Assembly: GCA_036170655.1 (NCBI GenBank) | Contig: JAVHPP010000093.1 | Span: 1 to 12,402 of the forward strand | Source: Candidatus Zixiibacteriota bacterium | Lineage (GTDB): Bacteria; Zixibacteria; MSB-5A5; WJJR01 | DNA length: 12,402 bases | Reading direction: 5' to 3' | Shown here: positions 1 through 8,410 of the stretch, in pieces | Layout of the letters: each line of letters begins with the position of its first letter | Numbering within the stretch: position 1 is the stretch's first letter | Program-made: the position numbers and the translations under genes | The notes under the pieces: model-generated | What the model saw: the letters and a program-made list of their open reading frames with translations, nothing else | Databases searched by the model: none | What the model was told of the DNA's origin: nothing

Positions 1-54
1 CTTGGTCAGGTACGGCGGTTTGGGAAATGAGCCTACGCTAGTGGTTTCGAGCAT
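1..54 (-). CDS. metE: 5' end of a single-domain cobalamin-independent methionine synthase (probable catalytic half of split MetE); truncated by window edge
   Basis: Hand translation from ATG at 54 gives MLETTSVGSFPKPPYLTK, matching the 'TT-x-VGS(F/Y)P(K/Q)P' start of MetE C-terminal/core barrels. It has a GGGGGGAAG RBS-like tract and lies 11 bp after the stop of the upstream MetE-like gene. Not in the ORF track. Confidence 0.75.
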   Translation of the reverse strand, partial: MLETTSVGSFPKPPYLTK

Positions 55-65
55 GTGCTTCCCCC

Positions 66-1058
66 CTATCCGTTCGCGACAGGCACACCGGTGAACTGGG
101 ACACGGCTTCAGTTAGCCGCTGCATCTTGGCCATGGCATTACGATATGGCAGAAACTCGAGTCCCGCCGATGGAGCCAACCAGCAATCCGGCCAAGTCTC
201 GCCTCCGACGCTGACGATCCGGTCCATCAGCGAGGTGATCTGGTCAACCGGCTCCAAGCGCGTATTTCTCGCGTCGAGCAGCCCAAATGTACGACCCATG
301 GACGGCGGACCATCGCAGAGAGCATCGAGATTGGCGGGAACAGTGACGCAATCGGCGCCGATCATCGTAACCGGCAGATCCCAAAGCCGCTCGATCACGG
401 CGCTGACCGGCGCAAAATAAATGTAGACGAGGGTCTTGATCTTGAGCCCACGGACAGCAGCCCTAATGGCATCGATCGCCGGTCCGGTCTCCTCCGGACA
501 AAACCCAAGAAACGGCTCGTCCAGTTGGACCCAGTCGGCTCCCGCTTTGATCAACGCGTCGATTTCGCAGCGCACCAGGTGGGCGCATTCAGAATAGAGA
601 TTGGACCTCTTGTTATAATTATCGTCGACGCAGAACTTCGCCAGCGAAAAGGGGCCGCAGACGGATGCCAGCAGGGGTTTATCCGTGAATGACCGTGTCA
701 GACGGAAATCATGCGCCACGGCGGAACGTACGAAGCGGACCGGACCGGAGATGACCGGGCGGCGATAGTAAACATTGTTGTCGAAGAAGCGGATCAGCCC
801 GCCGACTTGAAAACCGTCGTGCGCTGTGGCAAACGGGGTCACCGGGTCGTCCCAGCAAATCCGTCCGTCGGTTACACGGTCCAGTCCAGCAGCCTCCTGA
901 TCCTGGATCGTATCGCGGATGGCGGCATGGCAGGCCTCGTCCAGCGCGTTGGCGTCAATCTTGCCGCTGTCGAACCGATTGCGCGCCAGACGCAGATTGA
1001 CCCGGCCGGGGACATCACTGATCTTGGGTTGGTTTCCGACGATGGTCTTTTCAAACAC
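66..1058 (-). CDS. MetE-like single barrel (~330 aa), probable non-catalytic folate-binding subunit of a split cobalamin-independent methionine synthase
   Basis: MetE-fold motifs: IVGNQPK, DQEAAGLDRVTDG, RFFDNNVYYRRPVI, GPFSLA, GADWVQLDEP, GLLDARNTRLE, APSAGLEFLP. The Zn-ligand positions read VYIYF (no HxC) and PSAGL (no Cys), as in the MetE N-terminal half. Start placed at GTG 1058 behind AAGGGGGA. Confidence 0.85.
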   Translation of the reverse strand: MFEKTIVGNQPKISDVPGRVNLRLARNRFDSGKIDANALDEACHAAIRDTIQDQEAAGLDRVTDGRICWDDPVTPFATAHDGFQVGGLIRFFDNNVYYRRPVISGPVRFVRSAVAHDFRLTRSFTDKPLLASVCGPFSLAKFCVDDNYNKRSNLYSECAHLVRCEIDALIKAGADWVQLDEPFLGFCPEETGPAIDAIRAAVRGLKIKTLVYIYFAPVSAVIERLWDLPVTMIGADCVTVPANLDALCDGPPSMGRTFGLLDARNTRLEPVDQITSLMDRIVSVGGETWPDCWLAPSAGLEFLPYRNAMAKMQRLTEAVSQFTGVPVANG

Positions 1059-1104
1059 GCATTCCCCCTTCTCCCGAAACTGGAAGATCAATCAAGACAA
1101 TCAC

Positions 1105-1127
1105 AGTATAGTTTACAATGCTTAAAC
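1105..1127 (-). promoter_or_regulatory. Possible internal promoter -10 (TATACT) with adjacent GTTTA-N7-TAAAC inverted repeat upstream of the MetE-like genes
   Basis: AT-rich 63-bp aroC-metE gap. TATACT on the minus strand at 1105-1110 and palindrome at 1111-1127. No good -35. Confidence 0.3.
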
Positions 1128-2348
1128 GTGACCCGGACCGCCACCAAAGCGGTCCAATCGCGCCGCGTAAGATCTGAACCGCTCCAACAGGTCGTGCATT
1201 GTGCCGCCACCGAACATCTGGAGGTAGGCATCGGCCAGCACGAGTGCCACCATGGCCTCGCAGACGACGGCCGCTGCGGGCACGCTGCATACATCGGAGC
1301 GTTCCACAAAGGCACGCTTTGATTCCCGGGTGTGAATGTCCACCGACTGCAGAGGGCGATTCAGAGTGGAAATCGGCTTGGCGGCAGCGCGAACGATGAT
1401 GTCTTCGCCGTTGGTCAGTCCACCCTCCAGGCCACCGGCGCGGTTGGTACGGCGTGAAAACCCGGAGCGTCCTGAAGGATGATGCGCGTCGTAGAAGATT
1501 TCATCGTGGACCGTTGACCCCCGCCGAGTCGCCTCTCCGAAGCCGTCACCCAGTTCCACGGCTTTGATCGAGGGAACAGACATGACGGCTTGCGCCAGCC
1601 GTCCATCCAGCTTGCTGTCCCACTGGATGTGATCTCCCATACCGGGAACCACGCCGGAGGCAATGACTTCGACAATTCCTCCCAGCGTGTCACCGGCCGC
1701 CGCCGCCGCGCGAATCTCTTCCCGCATGGCGTGGGAGACATCGGCATCGACACACCGCACATCAGAATCGGCGGCCGCCTGTTTGATCGCGCCGGGCGTC
1801 AACTGACAGGGCGGCAGCGCCGCTTGACCGATCCGGATCACATGACAGGCCGTCTCGACCCCAAATGGCGCCAGGAAGATCTTGGCGAACGCGCCGGCCG
1901 CCACCCGGACCGCCGTCTCCCGAGCCGAGGCGCGTTCGAGCACATTGCGCAGGTCGGCGAAATCGTACTTCTGCGCCCCGGCCAGATCGGCATGACCGGG
2001 ACGCGGGACGGTTCGCGGCTTGGAGAGTTCTGCCTCCCGTTCGCTGGCAGGTTCGGGGCGCTCAGCCGATGCCGACATCGCCGACTGCCAGTTCTTCCAG
2101 TCACGATTTTCGATGGTCCAGGCGAGGGGGGACCCCAATGTCCGGCCATGACGCAACCCAGACGTGACATGGCAGCGATCCTGTTCGATCTTCATGCGCC
2201 CACCGCGGCCGAATCCCTTTTGGCGCTCCGCCAAATCGGCATCAATACGGGTCAAGTCGATCGCCAGACCGGCGGGGAGCCCCTGTAGGATGCCGGTCAA
2301 CTCCGGGCCGTGAGATTCGCCCGCGCTGTAGAAAATCAGTCCCGCCAT
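1122..2348 (-). CDS. aroC: Chorismate synthase (408 aa)
   Basis: Signature motifs AGESHG, RQKGFGRGGRM, PRPGHAD, ERASARETA, GDTLGG, NRAGGLEGG.TNG, KPISTL, ERSDVC. Confidence 0.98.
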   Translation of the reverse strand: MAGLIFYSAGESHGPELTGILQGLPAGLAIDLTRIDADLAERQKGFGRGGRMKIEQDRCHVTSGLRHGRTLGSPLAWTIENRDWKNWQSAMSASAERPEPASEREAELSKPRTVPRPGHADLAGAQKYDFADLRNVLERASARETAVRVAAGAFAKIFLAPFGVETACHVIRIGQAALPPCQLTPGAIKQAAADSDVRCVDADVSHAMREEIRAAAAAGDTLGGIVEVIASGVVPGMGDHIQWDSKLDGRLAQAVMSVPSIKAVELGDGFGEATRRGSTVHDEIFYDAHHPSGRSGFSRRTNRAGGLEGGLTNGEDIIVRAAAKPISTLNRPLQSVDIHTRESKRAFVERSDVCSVPAAAVVCEAMVALVLADAYLQMFGGGTMHDLLERFRSYAARLDRFGGGPGHV

Positions 2349-2378
2349 GCTGAAGTTTTTTCCTTCGTCATCTCCCGC

Positions 2379-4445
2379 CTAATTTGGCTCATGCCCGGCA
2401 CTCGACACGGGCAAGTCGACGGTAACTCTTGTACCCTTGTCGGTTCCCGGCGGCGGCGACTCCATGCCGATTGTCCCCGCATGATCCGTCACGATACGGT
2501 GTGTAATGGCCAGCCCCAAGCCGGTGCCGCGATTCTTTGTTGTGAAATACGGCTGAAACACACGGCCCAGGTCGCTCTTGCTGATGCCGTGTCCGTCATC
2601 CTGCACGGCGAAACGTGCCCGCGTCCCGCTTTGTTCCAGATTGACGCTGATCCGCCCGCCATGAGAGGTTGCGGCCAGTGCATTGGCCAGGATATTCCAG
2701 ACCGCCTTGCGCAATTCATCGGCGACACCATCAACAAAAACCTCTGGTTCGATGATCTCTTCGATCATCACGCCCGCTGTCCCGGCTTCGAGCTTTGCCA
2801 TACCCGTCACGGAAACGATCAACTGCGAGAGGTCAAGCACGGTCTTGGGCTGAGGCGATGACCGCGCCAGACTGAGGAAATCCTCGACGATGGCATTCAG
2901 CCGCCGTGATTCATCAACAACGGTTGTGGCAAGCGCCACAGTCTCGGCGTCGGGGAGTTCGAGACACAGCCGCTGAGCCGCAAGGGCGATGGCGTTGAGC
3001 GGATTGCGGATTTCGTGGGCGACCCCCGCCGCCAGGTCGCCCATCTCGCTCAGCCGCAGTGCACGCTGCATCTGCTCGGCCATATCCCGCTTTTCGGTCT
3101 CGTCGCGCACAACGGTGACGGCTCCCTCGGATCGTCCCCCAGCGGTCGTGACCGGTGTTGTCGAGTAAACCAGATGACGGACCTGTTCCCCGATAAGCTG
3201 CTGGCGCTCCCGGTCATGGATCGGTTCGTTCGCATTGGCCACCGCCGACAACTGGTAATCGTCCGCCCCCAACACAGACTCCACAGTGGCATCGTTTGAC
3301 TGGGGTGGTGTCCGTCCCAGGAGACGTTCGGCGGCGCGATTGAAGACGGTCAATCTCCCCTGCTGATCGGTGGCAATCACCGCCTGATCGATCGAGTCTA
3401 GAATCCGCCGAGTCAGCGTTTCGATGCGGCGGTACGTCCGGTCGAGTTCGCCGTAAGAGCGCCGCACGACAAGGAATGCCATCGACGCGCCCGCCAAAAG
3501 CAGAAAAAGGAGGGCGGACACCCCCAACTGCCATGTCAGTCGCCGCTGCGCCGACTCGACGCCGACCAGACGGATGCCGACACGCAGCATGCCCGAGGGG
3601 AGGTCGGCCGAGAGAAATGGATGGACGACCTCGAGCACCGGCGTCCCCTCGAAGACAATCTCGCGGGTGGCTGCGACCGTGTCGTCCAAGGCATTCACCA
3701 AAAACGTGTCGGCCGCCAAACTCAGGACCGGCGGGAGCGGGCGCGAGGCAAAGACAATTCCATCGGGCGATTGCAGCATGATATAGTCGATCTGTGACCG
3801 GCGGGCAATTTCCTGGATGAGGACACCGATACCGCTCCACGCCGGCTTGCTCTCGGAACGCGGCAGACGCTGCCAGGCAACGATTGCCCCCCAAGACGTG
3901 GGGGCGCCCGCGCCGGTCCAGACTTCATCGCGGACCGTGTCGGACAACTGGAACGGAGTCAGCGAGAAATCTTCCGCCTCCCACGCTTCCTGAAGCGAGT
4001 CCGGATGCGTGGCCAGGAGAGCCGCCAGCTCCGGGGGATACGAAATGGGAACATTGTCGCGACGCCAGACCGTAACACCGTCGGTCTCGCTGCGTTCGAC
4101 CAGCCGGGTCAGACTATCGGGAGACAAATCGGCAGGGGCGGCGACGGCCCCCGCCAGCCGGGCACGCGATGACAAATTTTCCCATTCCAGCCGGTTGGTC
4201 AATTCACTGGCGGCAACGGAATACTGCGCGGCCATTGACAACGATTCCAGCAAAGCGATACCATCACGCCGCGTCTCGTCGATCAACGCGCGATGTATCT
4301 GACGAACCCCCCAGAACGCATACATGACAAAGAGAACCACAAGGATCGCCGAGCCGATGGCGGCGGTCAGCACCATGGGCGCCATACGGCGACGGCCACG
4401 ATCCTTCTCCCGCAGGCGCTGCTCTTTGTGTGATGTGTTGTTCAT
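2379..4445 (-). CDS. Membrane-bound PAS-domain sensor histidine kinase (NtrB/ZraS-like transmitter)
   Basis: Two TM segments flank a large extracytoplasmic region, followed by a PAS domain (ILDSIDQAVIATDQQGRLTVFNRAAERLLG), H-box AAGVAHEIRNPLNAI, N-box NILANA, G1 DDGHGI, F-box FQPYFTTK and G2 GTGLGLAI. The start could instead be ATG 4385. Confidence 0.95.
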   Translation of the reverse strand: MNNTSHKEQRLREKDRGRRRMAPMVLTAAIGSAILVVLFVMYAFWGVRQIHRALIDETRRDGIALLESLSMAAQYSVAASELTNRLEWENLSSRARLAGAVAAPADLSPDSLTRLVERSETDGVTVWRRDNVPISYPPELAALLATHPDSLQEAWEAEDFSLTPFQLSDTVRDEVWTGAGAPTSWGAIVAWQRLPRSESKPAWSGIGVLIQEIARRSQIDYIMLQSPDGIVFASRPLPPVLSLAADTFLVNALDDTVAATREIVFEGTPVLEVVHPFLSADLPSGMLRVGIRLVGVESAQRRLTWQLGVSALLFLLLAGASMAFLVVRRSYGELDRTYRRIETLTRRILDSIDQAVIATDQQGRLTVFNRAAERLLGRTPPQSNDATVESVLGADDYQLSAVANANEPIHDRERQQLIGEQVRHLVYSTTPVTTAGGRSEGAVTVVRDETEKRDMAEQMQRALRLSEMGDLAAGVAHEIRNPLNAIALAAQRLCLELPDAETVALATTVVDESRRLNAIVEDFLSLARSSPQPKTVLDLSQLIVSVTGMAKLEAGTAGVMIEEIIEPEVFVDGVADELRKAVWNILANALAATSHGGRISVNLEQSGTRARFAVQDDGHGISKSDLGRVFQPYFTTKNRGTGLGLAITHRIVTDHAGTIGMESPPPGTDKGTRVTVDLPVSSAGHEPN

Positions 4446-4761
4446 TCACGCGTCACCGTGACGCCGGCCAGAGATGCAGACGAAGCTATGACTTCGATCG
4501 TGGGGCGTCAATCCGAAATGCCAGTGCGGTGTAAAGCCATCTATTATCATCTCGGTGTCCCGTTCGGCACAGCGGAAGTGAGACGGGATCGACCGCCCCT
4601 CCTGCGCATGGAAACGACAGAACATGGCAGGCAAGGAAAAGTGACCCCCATGCCGATACCGTCATTATGGACATATGCCATCAGTATGCTTCGCCGAGTT
4701 GCACCGAAAGGGGAATTGTTTGACCTCTCTTGAGCCTGCCCGAGACCCGGGCTTCGGGACA

Positions 4762-6720
4762 ATGCAGATCTCGTCCCAATGGACCACCAACGATAGCACA
4801 CGAACGGACACGGTGTGGCTCTTCTCGACCGGTTTCTTTGTCGTTGCGCTGGCGTTCTATGTCGTGACGCTGTCACACACGGTGTTCTGGTGGGACTCAG
4901 GGGAGCTGTCCGCCAATGCGAATGTACTGGGGATCGCGCATCGCCCGGGGTTTCCGCTGTACGTAATCTTCGCGCATATTTTTGGACTCATTCCGTTTGG
5001 CAGTTATTTCTATCGCATCAATTTCATTTCGGCCGCCGCCGCCGCGGTCACACTGGGCATTGCCGGTTACATATGGGCACAACTGGTAACGACCCGGCTG
5101 AAAGCCACCTCTTCGTGGGAGACTCTGGCGCCGGTCGCGATCGCGCTGGTGGCGTTGGGGGGGACATACACGTACTGGATTCAGGCGGTGCGGGCGGAGG
5201 TATACGCCCCAAACATTCTATTGATCGCGTTGCTGCTGGCGTGCGCTTGGCGATTCGAACGGGATAGCCAGATGGACTCTCCCGCCGCGGGACGCTGGTT
5301 CCTGGCCGCTGCGTTTCTATCCGGGTTGGGAATGGGGATGCATCATGCGACCTTCGCCTCTGTGCTGCCCTCATTCCTGGTTTTCTTCATCGCGTCACAC
5401 CGGCCCCGTCGTCTGGGCCTGAACACCTGGCTGGCAGGGGCGGCCTTAGCCATCCTGGGTTTGTCCATCTACCTTTATATGCCGCTTCGCGCGCATCAGA
5501 ACCCGGCGCTCAATTGGGGATGGACACACGTGGCCAACGCTCCGGGTTGGTCGGCTGTGATCGCGGCTGACTCGTACAAAGACATCGCCCAGACGACTCC
5601 GGCTCAGCTACTGGCCCGGATCGCGGCCATCGGCGCGCTGATACAGGATCAGTACCAGTGGGGACTGCTGATGTTCGCCGTCGTTGGCATGTGGCGTTGG
5701 TGGAATCGCGCCCGCCGCTGGGTTCTTCTCTCCTGCGGGATGCTGCTGGGCGACATTCTGGTGACAGCGGCGCTCGTGAGCGATTTCTCCGAGACCAACG
5801 CCGATATTCATGGCTATCTGCTGCCGGCAATGCTGGCGGTGGCGTTTCTGACAGTGGGAGGGGCGTTTGCACTCTCCCAGATGCTGACAGGGCTGGCGCG
5901 ACGATACCTGCCCACACGGGGGATCAGGCGGACGCTCTGGATCGCTTCGAGCGCCATGGTTGTGCTTCTGGCTCTGGCTCCCGCCATCATCTATGCCCCC
6001 TTCTGCAATCTGTCGCGCAACCGTCTCGCCCACGACTTCGGAACCGAGTCGATCGCCTCGCTGCGCCCCAATGCCATTGTCATCCTGGCCGGCACAAACT
6101 GGGATTTTGTTTTGCGCGGGTTGCGTTATGTCGATGGTTGGCGTCCGGACCTGACGGTCATCAACCGCGACCTTTTGCCTGCGGCATGGTATCGGGCATG
6201 GCTCTTGGAGAAACACCCGGAACTGGCCAGCTATCCGATCCCCAGCGATTCGGTGAGACTGCAGCCAAGACTTTGGGCCAAGAATCTTGCCGCTGCGGGA
6301 TTTCCGGTCTATTGGGAGTTTACGGAAACTGACCATGACATGATCTCCCAACTGGTACCGGCCGGGCATCTCTTCGAAGTGACATCGAAGCCGGTTGACG
6401 TTCTCGGCCCCGGCTTGATGGCCGACCAGGAGGAGTTTGAGCGGAAGTCGCAATTCTACGGCGCCGCGGAGCGCATAACCTACGATTACGATGCCAAGAT
6501 GGTGTGGGTGCTGAATCTCTACCGGGCCGGCATGTACTACGAGTCCCGCGGGCTACTCGGACGCGCCAAGGAACTGTACCAACGGGCGCTGTCCTTTGCC
6601 CCCGACGACGAGAAGATCTTCGCGGGGTATGTCCGCTGCGCACCAGACCATGGGTTGTACAGCTTATCATCGAGATTGTCCAACCTCGGGAAATCCGGCC
6701 GACGGCGTTCATCCTCTTGA
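4762..6720 (+). CDS. DUF2723-family (TMEM260-like, GT-C) multi-pass membrane glycosyltransferase with C-terminal TPR
   Basis: WDSGEL...LGIAHRPGFPLY and AEVYA motifs, about 11-12 hydrophobic segments, 'RPDLTVIN' motif, and a TPR-like tail (AGMYYESRGLLGRAKELYQRALSFAPDD). Start placed at ATG 4762; the ORF is open from 4675. Confidence 0.9.
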   Translation: MQISSQWTTNDSTRTDTVWLFSTGFFVVALAFYVVTLSHTVFWWDSGELSANANVLGIAHRPGFPLYVIFAHIFGLIPFGSYFYRINFISAAAAAVTLGIAGYIWAQLVTTRLKATSSWETLAPVAIALVALGGTYTYWIQAVRAEVYAPNILLIALLLACAWRFERDSQMDSPAAGRWFLAAAFLSGLGMGMHHATFASVLPSFLVFFIASHRPRRLGLNTWLAGAALAILGLSIYLYMPLRAHQNPALNWGWTHVANAPGWSAVIAADSYKDIAQTTPAQLLARIAAIGALIQDQYQWGLLMFAVVGMWRWWNRARRWVLLSCGMLLGDILVTAALVSDFSETNADIHGYLLPAMLAVAFLTVGGAFALSQMLTGLARRYLPTRGIRRTLWIASSAMVVLLALAPAIIYAPFCNLSRNRLAHDFGTESIASLRPNAIVILAGTNWDFVLRGLRYVDGWRPDLTVINRDLLPAAWYRAWLLEKHPELASYPIPSDSVRLQPRLWAKNLAAAGFPVYWEFTETDHDMISQLVPAGHLFEVTSKPVDVLGPGLMADQEEFERKSQFYGAAERITYDYDAKMVWVLNLYRAGMYYESRGLLGRAKELYQRALSFAPDDEKIFAGYVRCAPDHGLYSLSSRLSNLGKSGRRRSSS

Positions 6721-6865
6721 CCACTCGCCGGTGATGCCATACCATCCGCCCGTCCACTGGAAGCAGATCCCGATGCGAATTACATTACGAAGCAGAGTTC
6801 GTCGCCAGAGCGGAAATGGTGTATCATTGTCGGTGGGGGTCGCAGGGACCGCTGCGGGAGGTTAT

Positions 6866-7423
6866 ATGAGGCAGACGAAGAACATCGCTTTAGGTGCCGT
6901 ATTGCTGGTGGCCACATGGTCGATGACGGCGCATCCGCAGGGACGCGAACGCGCGAGCCGCTCCGATGAATACGGAAAGCCCGACTCGATCTCAGTCGAG
7001 ATTGCCAACACATCGGGCTCACAGTGGGAGGCCATCGTCAAACTCACAAACGACGAAAATCTCGCCGCCTTGACCCTCCCGTTCCGGTGGGGGCCACGCC
7101 ATGGATTCTTCCGGCTTGATTCGGCGTCGTATGCAGGAACACGGACATCTTACTTTGCGGTCAAGACCTTCCTTCCCGATACGACGAAGGAAACGATCCT
7201 GATCGGCCTGATTTCCGATCTGGGGCGCGGCCTGCCGCCACTGGAACCGGGGAGCGGCCCCATCGCCAAATTATACTTCACGATGCTGAAAAACCCGGCC
7301 AAACCGCTGGTCATCGACACCACCTTCATCGGCCCGCACAATGTCCTGCAGATGGTGACACCCGACGTGCGTTCGGTCATGCCCACGTTTGAAGTGCGGC
7401 AGTCGAAAATCGGCTCCCGATAA
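6866..7423 (+). CDS. Secreted ~185-aa protein with a single cohesin-like beta-sandwich domain
   Basis: Strong RBS GGGAGG before ATG 6866 and a signal peptide (MRQTKNIALGAVLLVATWSMTA). The beta-rich pattern KPDSISVE..VKLTNDENLAALTLPF..LDSASYAGTR..ILIGLI..LEPGSGPIAKLYF..IDTTF resembles cohesin domains. The domain call is by eye. Confidence 0.7.
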   Translation: MRQTKNIALGAVLLVATWSMTAHPQGRERASRSDEYGKPDSISVEIANTSGSQWEAIVKLTNDENLAALTLPFRWGPRHGFFRLDSASYAGTRTSYFAVKTFLPDTTKETILIGLISDLGRGLPPLEPGSGPIAKLYFTMLKNPAKPLVIDTTFIGPHNVLQMVTPDVRSVMPTFEVRQSKIGSR

Positions 7424-7478
7424 GACAGGCGAACTGACTAACGCCACAGAAGATACGCCCTCTGCTTTTCAGACACCT

Positions 7479-7967
7479 CTATCTGTCAGGGTCTGCAGCG
7501 ATGTCTGATCGACCGCCGGACTTTTCCACGAGATGCACCTCGCCAATGGTCATGCTCCGGTCGATGGCCTTCAGCATGTCGTAGACGGTCAGGAGCGCCA
7601 CCGTGCAGCCAACGAGGGCCTCCATTTCCACGCCGGTCCTCTCCTCGGCGGAGGCGATCACCCTGACCACAATAGAGCTTCGTTCGGGATCGGGATTGAT
7701 GCTGACATCGATAAACGTCAGACGCAACGGATGACAAAGGGGAATCAGCTCCGCCGTTTTCTTGGCAGCGGCGATACCGGCGATGCGCGCAATCTCGAAG
7801 GGACTCCCCTTTGGCGTCTGTCCTTTCTGGACCGCAACGAGTGTCGCCGGGAGAATCTGAATCTGACCCTCAGCCACCGCCCGCCGGGCCGTGATCTTCT
7901 TGCCGCTGATGTCGACCATGCGCGGCTGACCGTGCTCGTCGTAGTGGCTCAATCGTGATTCGGACAT
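7479..7967 (-). CDS. moaC: Cyclic pyranopterin monophosphate synthase MoaC (162 aa)
   Basis: Motifs LSH.D..G..RMVDIS.K..T.R.A.A, ARIAGIAAAKKT.ELIPLCHP, TGVEMEAL, YDMLKAID, EKSGG. True start is ATG 7967 (MSESRLSH), not 8120. Confidence 0.97.
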   Translation of the reverse strand: MSESRLSHYDEHGQPRMVDISGKKITARRAVAEGQIQILPATLVAVQKGQTPKGSPFEIARIAGIAAAKKTAELIPLCHPLRLTFIDVSINPDPERSSIVVRVIASAEERTGVEMEALVGCTVALLTVYDMLKAIDRSMTIGEVHLVEKSGGRSDIAADPDR

Positions 7968-7984
7968 ACACGCACCCTGCCGCA

Positions 7985-8014
7985 AGGATACGTGATCACC
8001 TGCTCGTTCGGCAA
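7985..8014 (-). promoter_or_regulatory. Putative sigma70-type promoter for moaC
   Basis: Minus strand TTGCCG-N18-TATCCT ending about 17 nt before the moaC ATG. Confidence 0.35.
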
Positions 8015-8174
8015 GCGGTGACTTCGCAAGTGGTTTCGTCAAACCGACGCGGGACGTGCCATTGCCCAAACGGTGTGCGTGCCCAGAATCGTTGAAGGTC
8101 TCACGCCGGGTCCAAGTCATCGTCCGCCGGTGGCGGGCCGCGATCTGAGGGGATTGTCAAGAAATCTTCCAATC

Positions 8175-8248
8175 GTCCTTCCCGCGAACGCGGGAATCCA
8201 GTTTTTCTTTCGACGCTCGCAGTGGACCCCCGCTTTAGCGGGGGTGAC
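8175..8248. repeat. CGTC/GTC-type REP doublet (two inverted 26-nt palindromic units)
   Basis: GTCCTTCCCGCGAACGCGGGAATCCA (8175-8200, +) and GTCACCCCCGCTAAAGCGGGGGTCCA (8248-8223, -) with a 22-nt spacer. Matches the widespread GTCATTCCCGCGAAAGCGGGAATCCA repeat family. Confidence 0.85.
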
Positions 8249-8410
8249 ATCTTGAGGTGCCGACCGCTCGTAAGGCATCATTTCTCACACGATTGACCCG
8301 GCCGTTTCGAACGCCGTCTCTTCGTGGGCGCCCGGCATCTTCGGCGGTATCGAGATCCATCGGCAGGGATAGCTTCGCCCGCAACCGCGGGGAACGTCTT
8401 CGTACTGATC

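Noticed and set aside
4446..4733. Short ORFs (62-109 aa) and sigma54-like TGGCA motifs in the divergent intergenic region
   Set aside because: The ORFs have no convincing RBS or recognisable sequence. The TGGCA sites I checked lack the GG-N10-GC with TTGC -12 consensus.
5608..6453. 281-aa minus-strand ORF (and similar overlapping ORFs at 711-1322, 1590-2288, 2310-2861, 3214-3894)
   Set aside because: They overlap well-supported genes and have low-information, Arg/Gly/His-rich translations with no family motifs.
6596..6865. 90-aa N-terminal extension of the cohesin-like ORF
   Set aside because: It overlaps the DUF2723 gene. The strong RBS and signal peptide point to ATG 6866.
7968..8120. 51-aa N-terminal extension of MoaC in the ORF track
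   Set aside because: MoaC homology starts at MSESRLSH, and the extension contains the candidate promoter.
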